Below, in pieces: positions 49,933-58,518 of a stretch of DNA of 64,000 nucleotides. Origin of the DNA: Acidimicrobiales bacterium (GTDB lineage: Bacteria; Actinomycetota; Acidimicrobiia; Acidimicrobiales; JADJXE01); contig JADJXE010000001.1 of NCBI GenBank assembly GCA_016716005.1, positions 2,767,011-2,831,010 of the forward strand, in the 5' to 3' direction. How positions within the stretch are numbered: the stretch's first letter is position 1; each line of letters opens with the position of its first letter. The notes under the pieces are model-generated. The model did no database searches, was not told the origin of the DNA, and saw only the letters and a program-made list of their open reading frames with translations. A program made the translations under genes and the position numbers.

Positions 49933-51540
49933 CTAGCTGGCCTGCTGGGCGTCGGCGACGAGCCGGCGGGCGATCACCTTGAGGCAGAGGGTCTCGTCGG
50001 CGCCCTCGAAGATCGACAGCACGCGGGCGTCGACGAAGAGCCGGCTGACGGGGTACTCCTCGGCGTAGCCGAACCCGCCGTGGATCTGCATGGCCTCGCG
50101 CGTCACCCACTCGGCGGCCTTGCACACGTACGCCTTCACCATCGACGCCTCGAGAGCACCCTCGCCCTTGGCCATCATCCGGGCCACCGCGTAGGAGAAC
50201 TGGCGGCTGGCCTGGATGATCGCCGCCATCCGGCCCAGCTTGGCCTGGGTGAGCTGGTAGTCGGCGATGGGGTGGCCGAACACCACGCGGTCGAGGGCGT
50301 ACTGGCGGGCCGACTCGTACGCGGCCTGCATCACACCTAGGGCGCGGGCCGCGGTCTGGAGCCGGCCGTTCTCGAAGCCCTCCATCTGCAGGTAGAAGCC
50401 CTTGCCCAGGCCGTCGCGGCCGCCCACCAGGCACGACTCGGGCACCCACCAGGCGTCGAGGGCGACCTCGTAGGAGTGCATGCCCCGGTACCCGATGGTG
50501 TCGATGGGGCGGCCCTCCATCTTGCCGCCGCCCTCCTGGGTGAACTCGAAGCCGTGGCCCTCGCCGCGGGGCTTCGGCACGACGAACAGCGACAGGCCGC
50601 GATGGCCCTTCGAGCGGTCGGGGTCGGTGCGGGCCAGCAGCATGAGCACGTCGGCGCGGGCGCCGAAGGTGCACCAGGTCTTCACCCCGTTGATGACCCA
50701 CCCGGGCTCGCCACCGGGGCCGGCCTGCTCGGCGGCGGTGACCTTGATGCCGGCCACGTCGGAGCCGTAGTCGGGCTCGGTGACCGCGACCGCGGCCATC
50801 ACCTCGGCCGTGGCCAGCTTGGGGAGCCACTGCTGCTTCTGCTCCTCGGTGCCGCCCTTCACCAGGGCCCGGGTGAGGATCTCGGGCCGGGTGATGAGCG
50901 AGCCACCGATGCCGAGGGACCCGCGTGAGAGCTCCTCGGTGGCCACGACCATGCCCAGGTAGTCGTGCTCGCCGCCGGCGGCGAAGCCGCCGTACTCCTC
51001 GGGCACGGACAGGCCGAAGCCGCCCATCTCGGCCAGGCCGGCGATGATGTCCTCGGGCACGTCGGCGTTGGCCCGGTGCACGTGCTCGGCGACCGGCTTG
51101 ATCTTCTCGTCGGCGAAGCGGCGGAAGGTGTCCTGCACCATCTCGAAGTCGGGATCGAGGTGGCGGGGCCCCTCCACCTCGGCCAGGCCGGCGAGGAACG
51201 CGGGGCTGCGGTACGCGGCGAGGAACTCGCGAGCACCGTCGAGCGAGCCGGGCTCGACGCCCCAGTCGGCTTCGCGCCCGAAGACCTTGGCGCCCAGGTC
51301 GGCCACCGCGTCGGCGATGAAGGCGCAGGCCAGCCGCCGCTCGGCGTCACCCTTGGCGCCGTAGTCGAGCAGCGACCGGGCGGTCTCGACGGCGGCGGCC
51401 GCGTGGGCCAGGTCGTAGGCCACCACCTGGTTGGCGTCGAGGTCGCCCTGGGCGGCCAGGTGGCGGACGGCCCGCCCCACGACCCCGTGGGCGAGGTCGA
51501 CGATCGTGGCGGCGGTGGCGAGATCGGGCGCAGCGGTCAT
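49933..51540 (-). CDS. Long acyl-CoA dehydrogenase, (2S)-methylsuccinyl-CoA dehydrogenase-like
   Basis: 535 aa with N-terminal extension; EELSRG, TEPDYGSD, IGYRGMHSYE, QTAARA, SIFEGA. Confidence 0.8.
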   Translation of the reverse strand: MTAAPDLATAATIVDLAHGVVGRAVRHLAAQGDLDANQVVAYDLAHAAAAVETARSLLDYGAKGDAERRLACAFIADAVADLGAKVFGREADWGVEPGSLDGAREFLAAYRSPAFLAGLAEVEGPRHLDPDFEMVQDTFRRFADEKIKPVAEHVHRANADVPEDIIAGLAEMGGFGLSVPEEYGGFAAGGEHDYLGMVVATEELSRGSLGIGGSLITRPEILTRALVKGGTEEQKQQWLPKLATAEVMAAVAVTEPDYGSDVAGIKVTAAEQAGPGGEPGWVINGVKTWCTFGARADVLMLLARTDPDRSKGHRGLSLFVVPKPRGEGHGFEFTQEGGGKMEGRPIDTIGYRGMHSYEVALDAWWVPESCLVGGRDGLGKGFYLQMEGFENGRLQTAARALGVMQAAYESARQYALDRVVFGHPIADYQLTQAKLGRMAAIIQASRQFSYAVARMMAKGEGALEASMVKAYVCKAAEWVTREAMQIHGGFGYAEEYPVSRLFVDARVLSIFEGADETLCLKVIARRLVADAQQAS

Positions 51541-51573
51541 GACGCCGAGGTTACCGACGGGTCACCCGGCCGG

Positions 51574-53310
51574 TCATCTCGGCGGGTCGGCGGCGGTCTC
51601 CGAGGTCCGGGGCCGCACTCCCGTCAGATCGAGGACGAGCGAGGCCGGCGGCCGGTACCCGGCCAGCCACCGGGGGAGTGCGGCGGCCTCCAGGGGCGGG
51701 CTCACGAGGAAGCCCTGGACGCGGTCGCAGCCCAGCTCGACCAGCCGGGCCAGGGTGGCCTCCTGCTCGACCCCCTCGGCGACCACCTCGAGATCCAGGT
51801 TGTGCCCCAGGTCGACGATGGTGCGCACGATCACCTCGTCGGGCGCGTGCTCGGCCATGCCGGCCACGAAGGACCGGTCGATCTTGATCTGGTCGAGCGG
51901 CAGCCGGCGCAGGTAGGCGAGCGACGACCAGCCCGTGCCGAAGTCGTCGACGCTGGTGCGCACGCCCACCCGGTCCAGCTCGACCAGCACCGCCAGCGCA
52001 GCCGCCGGGTCCTCCATGACCTCGCTCTCGGTGAGCTCGAGGACGAGCCGGTCCGCGGGCACGCGGTGTCGGGCCAGGAGCCGGCCGACGTGGCCCGGGA
52101 GCGCGGGGTCGTGGAGGTCGCGGACCGACACGTTGACCGCCACGCTCAGGTCGAGGCCCTGGCGCCGCCAGGCCGCGCACTGGCGGATGGCCTCGGCCAG
52201 CACCCACCGGGTGAGCGGGGCCAGCAGGCCGGTGACGGCGGCCAGGTCGAGGAACTCCGAGGGGGGGAGCAGCTGGTGCTCCGGGTGGCGCCAGCGCACC
52301 AGGCACTCCACCCCCGCGACCCGGCCGGAGCGCACCGCCAGCATGGGCTGGTGGTGGAGCTCGAGCTCCCCCTCGTCGAGGGCCCGGCGCAGGTCGGCGG
52401 CCAGCGCCAGGCGACGCCGGCTGTGGCGCTCGTGGTCGGGCTGGTACACGGCCTGGGCGGCCTCGGACCGCTTGGCCACGGCCAGAGCCACGTCGGCCCT
52501 GCGCAGCAGGCTGTCGGCGTCGTCGCCGTGGTCGGGCGCGAGGGCGATCCCGATGCTCACCCGCACCGGCAGGGCCAGGCCGTCGAGCACGACCGGCGAC
52601 TGCAGGGCGCCCACCACGGCGCCGGCCACGGCTTCGGCCTCCTGGCGGCCCGAGCCGGGCAGCACGATGCCGAACTCGTCGCCCCCCACGCGGGCGACGG
52701 TTGCCGACTCGTCGATCGTGCCCGCCAGGCGCACCGCGACCTCGCGCAGCAGCTGGTCGCCGTGGTGGTGCCCGAGTGTCTCGTTCACCTGCTGGAACTG
52801 CTCGACGTCGGCCACGAGGAGGGCGACGGGGCGACTCGGCCGGGCCGCCACCAGGGCCTGATCGAGCCGATCGACCAGCAGCGCCCGGTTGGGGAGACCG
52901 GTGAGCGGATCGCGCACGGCCTGGCGCGCCAGCCGGGCCTCGGTCGCGAGGCGGGTGGTCTCGTCGTCGAGCACGACGGCCACCGTGTCGGCGTCGACCG
53001 GGACGGCGCGCAGGGTGAGGCGGGTCCCGCCGGCCGCTCCCGCGAGGGCCACCTCCTGCAGGTCCACGCAAGCCCCGACGGCGGCGGCGTGGGCCAGCAG
53101 GGCCTCGGCGCCCTGCTCGGCCAGCCCGGGGAACAGGGCGGTGAGCGGCCGCCCCACGAGGGTCGCGGCCCCCCGGTCGAGGACGCGCCCGGCCGCCGGG
53201 TTGGCGGCGGTCACCACGACCCGGGGTGGCCGACCCGGGGTGATCCCGAGCACCAGCACGCCTACGGGCAGGCTCTCCAGCACGGCGCCGGCGAGCGCGT
53301 CTGCGAGCAC
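51574..53310 (-). CDS. PAS-GGDEF-EAL c-di-GMP protein
   Basis: DPLTGLPNR, GGDEF, ECLVRW, ELTE, DDFGTG, IKID, EGVE. Start GTG 53310. Confidence 0.92.
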   Translation of the reverse strand: MLADALAGAVLESLPVGVLVLGITPGRPPRVVVTAANPAAGRVLDRGAATLVGRPLTALFPGLAEQGAEALLAHAAAVGACVDLQEVALAGAAGGTRLTLRAVPVDADTVAVVLDDETTRLATEARLARQAVRDPLTGLPNRALLVDRLDQALVAARPSRPVALLVADVEQFQQVNETLGHHHGDQLLREVAVRLAGTIDESATVARVGGDEFGIVLPGSGRQEAEAVAGAVVGALQSPVVLDGLALPVRVSIGIALAPDHGDDADSLLRRADVALAVAKRSEAAQAVYQPDHERHSRRRLALAADLRRALDEGELELHHQPMLAVRSGRVAGVECLVRWRHPEHQLLPPSEFLDLAAVTGLLAPLTRWVLAEAIRQCAAWRRQGLDLSVAVNVSVRDLHDPALPGHVGRLLARHRVPADRLVLELTESEVMEDPAAALAVLVELDRVGVRTSVDDFGTGWSSLAYLRRLPLDQIKIDRSFVAGMAEHAPDEVIVRTIVDLGHNLDLEVVAEGVEQEATLARLVELGCDRVQGFLVSPPLEAAALPRWLAGYRPPASLVLDLTGVRPRTSETAADPPR

Positions 53311-53406
53311 CGGACGAGTGTGGACCGGCGGGATCCGCCGGACGGGGATGGTCGCCCGGACCCGGGCGCGACCCACCTGGGGTGGAGGCGTCGGTAGTGT
53401 CGTGGG

Positions 53407-53970
53407 GTGCCCCAGCTCATGCCCACCCTCCGTCGCGCCGGCGCGCTCGCGCTGGGCGCGATCCTGCTCACCGCCCTGCTCGCCGGATGTGGAGACGACG
53501 ACGACAGCGGCGGTGGCGGCGGCTCGGCCGACGTCGACCTCGAGGAGCTCTCGTCGCAGTGCGAGGAGCTGGCCACCACGGTCGAGGACCCGCTCGCCTA
53601 CCTGTTGGACGACATCGCCGGCCTCGAGGAGGCGACGGCCGGGGCCTCGGTGTCGCCGGACCAGTTCGAGGCCATGCGCGACCGGGTGTCCGAGCTGAGC
53701 GAGAAGGATCAGCGCTACGTCTCGTGGGCGACGTGCATGGTGAACCTGGGCCCGCCGGTGCGCTTCGCGTGCGGCCCGGTGAACCCGGAGGCCACGTACC
53801 TCGTCGAGCTGAACGAGCAGTGCAAGCCGATCTACCCCCCGTCGCTGACCGACGAGGTGGTCACCAACCCCATGCCGCACGGAGAGATCCCCGTCCCGCC
53901 GGCCACCACCGAGACGACCGTCCCGGTGACGTCGGCGGACCAGGGCACCTCGACGACCGCTGGCGCGTGA
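53407..53970 (+). CDS. Hypothetical lipoprotein
   Basis: LAGC lipobox, acidic/Gly linker, four further Cys, Thr-rich tail. Confidence 0.75.
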   Translation: MPQLMPTLRRAGALALGAILLTALLAGCGDDDDSGGGGGSADVDLEELSSQCEELATTVEDPLAYLLDDIAGLEEATAGASVSPDQFEAMRDRVSELSEKDQRYVSWATCMVNLGPPVRFACGPVNPEATYLVELNEQCKPIYPPSLTDEVVTNPMPHGEIPVPPATTETTVPVTSADQGTSTTAGA

Positions 53971-54048
53971 GCCGGCCCGGCGCGGGCTGGTGGCGCTGGG
54001 CACCCCTCTCGTAAGGTCGGGGCTGTCCCCACGGCCGCTCACAGCGAG

Positions 54049-54573
54049 GTGAGGCGCGTGACCGTCTACGACCGCCCCTTCGGTCGCTACCTCGAGGACT
54101 TCGAGGTCGGCGACATCTACCGGCACTGGCCCGGCAAGACCATCACCGAGTACGACGACCACCTGTTCTGCATGATCACCATGAACCACCACCCGTTGCA
54201 CACCAACGAGTGGTTCGCCGAGAACGAGACCGTGCACAAGAAGAACGTGGTGGTGGGCAACCTCGTCTACTCGCTCGTGCTGGGGATGAGCGTGCCCGAC
54301 GTATCGGGCGCGGCCATCGCCAACCTCGAGGTCGAGTCGCTCACCCACAAGCGGCCCACCTTCCACGGCGACACCATCTACGCCGAGACCCGCGTGCTCG
54401 ACAAGGTGGAGTCGTCGTCGAAGCCCGACCGGGGCATCGTCACGGTGGAGACGAAGGGCTTCAACCAGCGCGGCGAAGAGGTCTGCTACTTCCGCCGCAA
54501 GGTGATGGTGTGGAAGCGCGAGGTCGCCCCGCCGCGGCGTCGGCCCTACGGCGACGACGTCTGGGACGCCTAG
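54049..54573 (+). CDS. MaoC-family (hotdog) acyl-CoA dehydratase
   Basis: GRYLEDF, TMNHHPLH, PTFHGDT. Confidence 0.92.
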   Translation: MRRVTVYDRPFGRYLEDFEVGDIYRHWPGKTITEYDDHLFCMITMNHHPLHTNEWFAENETVHKKNVVVGNLVYSLVLGMSVPDVSGAAIANLEVESLTHKRPTFHGDTIYAETRVLDKVESSSKPDRGIVTVETKGFNQRGEEVCYFRRKVMVWKREVAPPRRRPYGDDVWDA

Positions 54574-54624
54574 CGTGACCGCCGGCGGCGGGCCGCCGGC
54601 GCTGCACCACACCGACGTGCACGG

Positions 54625-55503
54625 GTGCGGTCGGCGACCCTGATCCCCGACCGGGCCCTGCTGCGGTGGTTCGGCGCGCAGCGGCGCGACCTGCCCTGGC
54701 GCCGCACCCGCGACCCGTGGGCCGTGCTGGTGTCGGAGCTGATGCTCCAGCAGACCCAGGTGGCGCGGGTGATCCCCCGCTACGAGGCGTTCCTCGCCGC
54801 CCTGCCCACCCCGGCGGCGTGCGCGGCCGCCCCGCTGGGCGAGGTCGTGCGCCGCTGGGAAGGCCTCGGCTACAACCGTCGCGCCGTCAACCTCCATCGC
54901 GCCGCGACGGCGGTGGTGGAGCGCCACGGCGGTTCGCTGCCCGCCGCCCTGGACGCCCTGCTCGCGCTGCCGGGGGTGGGGCCCTACACCGCCCGAGCCG
55001 TGCTGGCGTTCGCCTTCGAGGCCGACGTGGGCGTGGTCGACACCAACGCGGCGCGTGTGCTGGCCAGGGTCGCCGGCCGCCGTCTCGGCCGCCGGGACGT
55101 GCAGGGCCTCGCCGACGCCGCGGTGCCGTCCGGAGCGGGATGGGCCTGGAACCAGGCCGTGCTCGACCTGGGTGCGACCGTCTGCGTCGCCACCGCGCCC
55201 GCCTGCGGTCGCTGCCCGGTGGCCCGCGGGTGCGCCTGGCGTGGCGGCCGCGGGCCGGCCGGTCGGGCCGACCCGGCGGTGGGCTCGGCCGGTGTGAGCG
55301 GTGGGCAGTCGCCGTTCGCCGGGTCCGACCGCCAGGGCCGGGGTCGCCTGGTGCACGCCCTGCGGGCGGGGCCGGTGGCCCGGGCCGACCTGGCCGCGGT
55401 GATGGGCTGGCCGGCCGACCGCTCACGCGCCGAGCAGGTCGCGGCCACCGTGCTGGCCGACGGGCTGGCGGTGGAGCGCGACGGCGCGCTCCACCTGCCC
55501 TGA
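54625..55503 (+). CDS. mutY: A/G-specific adenine glycosylase
   Basis: RDLPWR, SELMLQQTQV, GLGYNRR, LPGVGPYTA, VDTN, CX6CX2CX5C Fe-S motif. Confidence 0.93.
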   Translation: MRSATLIPDRALLRWFGAQRRDLPWRRTRDPWAVLVSELMLQQTQVARVIPRYEAFLAALPTPAACAAAPLGEVVRRWEGLGYNRRAVNLHRAATAVVERHGGSLPAALDALLALPGVGPYTARAVLAFAFEADVGVVDTNAARVLARVAGRRLGRRDVQGLADAAVPSGAGWAWNQAVLDLGATVCVATAPACGRCPVARGCAWRGGRGPAGRADPAVGSAGVSGGQSPFAGSDRQGRGRLVHALRAGPVARADLAAVMGWPADRSRAEQVAATVLADGLAVERDGALHLP

Positions 55504-55536
55504 CCGCCCGCGCTGGCCCGCCCCGGCGAACCGTGC

Positions 55537-56067
55537 CTACGGCCGGTCCCGGTCGGTGAGCTCGGCCAGGATGGCGTCGAGGGCGGCGTCGGCGTGGGCC
55601 CGCATCTCGTCGTCGGTGCGGTCCTGGATGGGGTGGGGCACGAGCACCCGCGCCACCGACGGGAACCCGAGGGCGCCGGCCTGGGCCTCAGCGGCCCGGG
55701 CGAACTCCGACGAGGCCACGAACACGCCGGGTACCCCACGGGACTCGAGATCGACGATGTCGTGCACACTGCACGACGTGCAGCTGCCTCAATCGGCCAG
55801 CGCCTCGATCACCAGGTCGCACGTGATGGAGATCTGGTGGCGCAGGTCGATGGGCGCGGGCTTGGTGAAGGTGGGCTTGCGGTAGCGCTCGACCCGCACG
55901 CCCAGCTCGGTGAGGCGCTCCTCGAGGCGGTCGAGGAACACGTCGCCCCGCGGCTTGGAGATGTCGAGCAGGCCGACGGTGCGCCCCTGCAGGCTCGGCG
56001 GGCGGCGGACCCGCTCGCGCGTGGCCGGCGCCCGCTCGCCGGTGGGATCCAGGATCACGGTCGTCAT
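55537..56067 (-). CDS. UGSC-family selenoprotein (Sec at TGA 55789-55791)
   Basis: In-frame readthrough gives ...LDISKPRG...KPTF...EALAD-U-GSCTSCSVHD...HPIQ, 176 aa. Confidence 0.85.
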
Positions 56068-57509
56068 GCGAGGATCTCCTTGGTCACGGGCTGGCTGCCC
56101 ACGTCGCCGTTGGCCCAGCCACCGATGATCGTCGAGAACAGCCCCGCTCCGCCGCCGGCGTGCACCAGCAGGATCCCGTCGGGGCGGAACTTCGGCAGCG
56201 TGAGCGCTGCGAACGCCTCCGGGACGCCTTCGGCGATCCCGCCGGCGCCCCGGACGATCTCGTCGCCGGGCAGCTGTAGCCGGGCGTGGAGCTCCTCGAC
56301 GATCCGGGCCCGGTCCCAGCCGGCGTCGGCGAAGACACGGGCGTGCTCGGGCCCGACGACGAGCACCGCGTCGAACCCGAGGGGGAGCTTCGGGTGGTGG
56401 ACGGTGCGCAGGCACGACGCCAACGTGCCGGCCAGCGACTCGGGCGTGCGGCTCAGCTGGTCGACCACGCACCGGGGGCCCTCGCCCGCGAACAGCGTGA
56501 CGGTGGAGGTGCCGGCGGGCGCGCCGCGGCTCACCGACAGCGGCTCCCACGGCGATCCCTCCTCGTCCTCGGCGAAGCAGAACGAGAGCTTGCCCGGGTT
56601 GCCGTGCGTGGCCCGGTCGACCTCGCCGGGGCGCCCGCCGCCCACGTTGCGCACCACCAGCTGCAGGGCCCGGCCGATGGCCAGGTTGGCCCGGTTGCCC
56701 TGACCGAGGGCGTTCACGCCGCTGTTCATGCCGAGGCGCCGGCGGATCGGCCCGTTCACCACGATCACCGGCCCCACCGGCATGGTGGTGGCCAGCACAC
56801 CGTGGACGTTGAACTCGTCGGTGCACGCCGCCTCCAGCGCGGCCAGCACCACCGGGAGGTGCTCGGGCAGGCAGCCCGCCATCACCGCGTTGACCGCCAC
56901 CTTCTCGACGGTGCCGGCCACCAGGTCGGGGGGCACCACCGCGACCACCTCATCGGGCTCCCGGCTGGTGCCCTCCAGCATCCGCAGGACCCGCTCGGGG
57001 GTGGGCGGCACCACGGGGAGCCCGTCGGTCCATCCCCGAGCGAAGAGGGCCTCCATCTCGTCCTCGGCCGACGCCAGCTCCACCCGGCGGCTGCGCAGGC
57101 GGTCGCCCGAGAAGCGGGCGCGGAGCTCGTCGACCCGGTCGGGGTCGACCGAGAGCGAGCCGCAGCCGGGCCGGAACTCGGGGAGCCCGGCGCCCAGCCC
57201 GCTGACGCCCGTGAGCGCCTCCCACCGGGATCGCATCCAGCCCTCGGCGCGGGCGACCTCCTCGCCGCCCTCGATCCGCAGCACGGTCGGCACGGTCTCG
57301 ATCGCCCAGTGCCAGGAGACGGCGAGGTCGGCGTCGTGGTCGTGCTCGACCGAGGCCGGGAAGGCCGGGTCGTCCTGGGTGAGCACGGTCAGGCGACCGG
57401 CCGCGGCCAGCTCGGCCAGCACCGGCTCGACGAGCCGGCACGTGGCGCAGTCGCGCTTCACGATCACTGCCAGGCCGTCGGGGAGGGCCGGCGCGGGGGC
57501 CGGGCTCAT
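56064..57509 (-). CDS. Thioredoxin-like CxxC domain fused to the conserved UGSC-partner domain
   Basis: KRDCATC, RPGCGS, GWTDGLPVVPPT, EKVAVNAVMAGC, GNRANLAIGRAL; ATGA overlaps at both ends. Confidence 0.8.
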   Translation of the reverse strand: MSPAPAPALPDGLAVIVKRDCATCRLVEPVLAELAAAGRLTVLTQDDPAFPASVEHDHDADLAVSWHWAIETVPTVLRIEGGEEVARAEGWMRSRWEALTGVSGLGAGLPEFRPGCGSLSVDPDRVDELRARFSGDRLRSRRVELASAEDEMEALFARGWTDGLPVVPPTPERVLRMLEGTSREPDEVVAVVPPDLVAGTVEKVAVNAVMAGCLPEHLPVVLAALEAACTDEFNVHGVLATTMPVGPVIVVNGPIRRRLGMNSGVNALGQGNRANLAIGRALQLVVRNVGGGRPGEVDRATHGNPGKLSFCFAEDEEGSPWEPLSVSRGAPAGTSTVTLFAGEGPRCVVDQLSRTPESLAGTLASCLRTVHHPKLPLGFDAVLVVGPEHARVFADAGWDRARIVEELHARLQLPGDEIVRGAGGIAEGVPEAFAALTLPKFRPDGILLVHAGGGAGLFSTIIGGWANGDVGSQPVTKEILA

Positions 57510-58375
57510 GCCGTGAGGAAGCCGACGATGCGCTGGTTGACCTCGGCCGGGCGCTCGAGGTGCAGGAAGTGCCCGGCCCCCTCGACGATCACCACCTCGC
57601 TGCCCGGCCCGAGCGACGCCAGGGCGCCATCGGCCACCTCGGCGCCGACGCAGCCGTCGTCGGCGCCGTGGAGGTACAGCGTGGGCTGCGGGGTGGGGAG
57701 GGTCGTGGCGATCTGCTCGGGCTCGAGGGCCGGGTCCTTGAACCCGTCGCCGAGCGTCGCCCGGTAGTAGCCGAGGGCAGCCTGCAGGTTGGCGGGGTCG
57801 CGCAGGGCGGCCTTCACGTGGCGCAGCTCGGCGGAGGCGTCGAACCCCGGCGACCAGTCGGCCCACAACCCGTCGATGAAGGCCAGGTCGTCCAGGCCCA
57901 CGACCACGTCGGACAGCGGGTGCTGGAAGAAGAACATGTACCAGCTGCGCTGCAGCTGGGGGTAGCGCAGGAACCCCTGGGCCACCGAGCTGGCCGGGGG
58001 GACCGCGGCGGTGACCACCCGCCGCCAGCGGTCGGGCGCGTGGGCCGCGGCGCCGTAGGTGGCCATCGCCCCCCAGTCGTGGCCGATGATCACGGCGTCG
58101 CCGTCGCCGCCCAGGGCGTCGTGCAGGGCGATGGCGTCGGCCGCCAGCGCGCCCGTCTGGTAGCGGCCGTCGGGGGGCACCGAGGTGGGGGCGTAGCCGC
58201 GCATCCACGGGGCCACCGCCCGGTAGCCGGCGTCGGCCAGGTCTGGCAGCAGGTGGCGCCAGGTGCGGGCGGAGTCGGGGAAGCCGTGCAGGCAGAGGGC
58301 CAGCGGGCCCCGGCCGCACTCGAGGAACGCGAACTCGGCCCCGTTGGCCGTGACCCGGCCCTCGAACAGCTCCAT
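57506..58375 (-). CDS. Alpha/beta hydrolase (epoxide hydrolase-like)
   Basis: LHGFPD, GHDWGA, RSWYMFFFQ, AGHFLH. Confidence 0.92.
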   Translation of the reverse strand: MELFEGRVTANGAEFAFLECGRGPLALCLHGFPDSARTWRHLLPDLADAGYRAVAPWMRGYAPTSVPPDGRYQTGALAADAIALHDALGGDGDAVIIGHDWGAMATYGAAAHAPDRWRRVVTAAVPPASSVAQGFLRYPQLQRSWYMFFFQHPLSDVVVGLDDLAFIDGLWADWSPGFDASAELRHVKAALRDPANLQAALGYYRATLGDGFKDPALEPEQIATTLPTPQPTLYLHGADDGCVGAEVADGALASLGPGSEVVIVEGAGHFLHLERPAEVNQRIVGFLTA

Positions 58376-58442
58376 GCATCGACGCTAACCGCCGGTGGGG
58401 GCGGTCGCCACGGGCCGTCGGCCACCCGCCGACCGCCCGCTC

Positions 58443-58456
58443 GTGACCTGCGTCAC
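58443..58456. promoter_or_regulatory. CRP/GlxR-like palindrome
   Basis: GTGAC-CTGC-GTCAC, i.e. GTGA-N6-TCAC, between divergent genes. Confidence 0.45.
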
Positions 58457-58518
58457 CAACCCTTGCGTCACCTGCCGTTCACCTGACTACCCTGTTGTCT
58501 TCCAGTCCGGGGGGATGG

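Noticed and set aside
51574-55356. 1260-aa minus-strand ORF
   Set aside because: The real gene starts at ~53310; the upstream part is antisense to the lipoprotein, MaoC and mutY genes.
54625-55503. MutY lacking the C-terminal MutT-like domain
   Set aside because: Short MutY is common in Actinobacteria; not novel.
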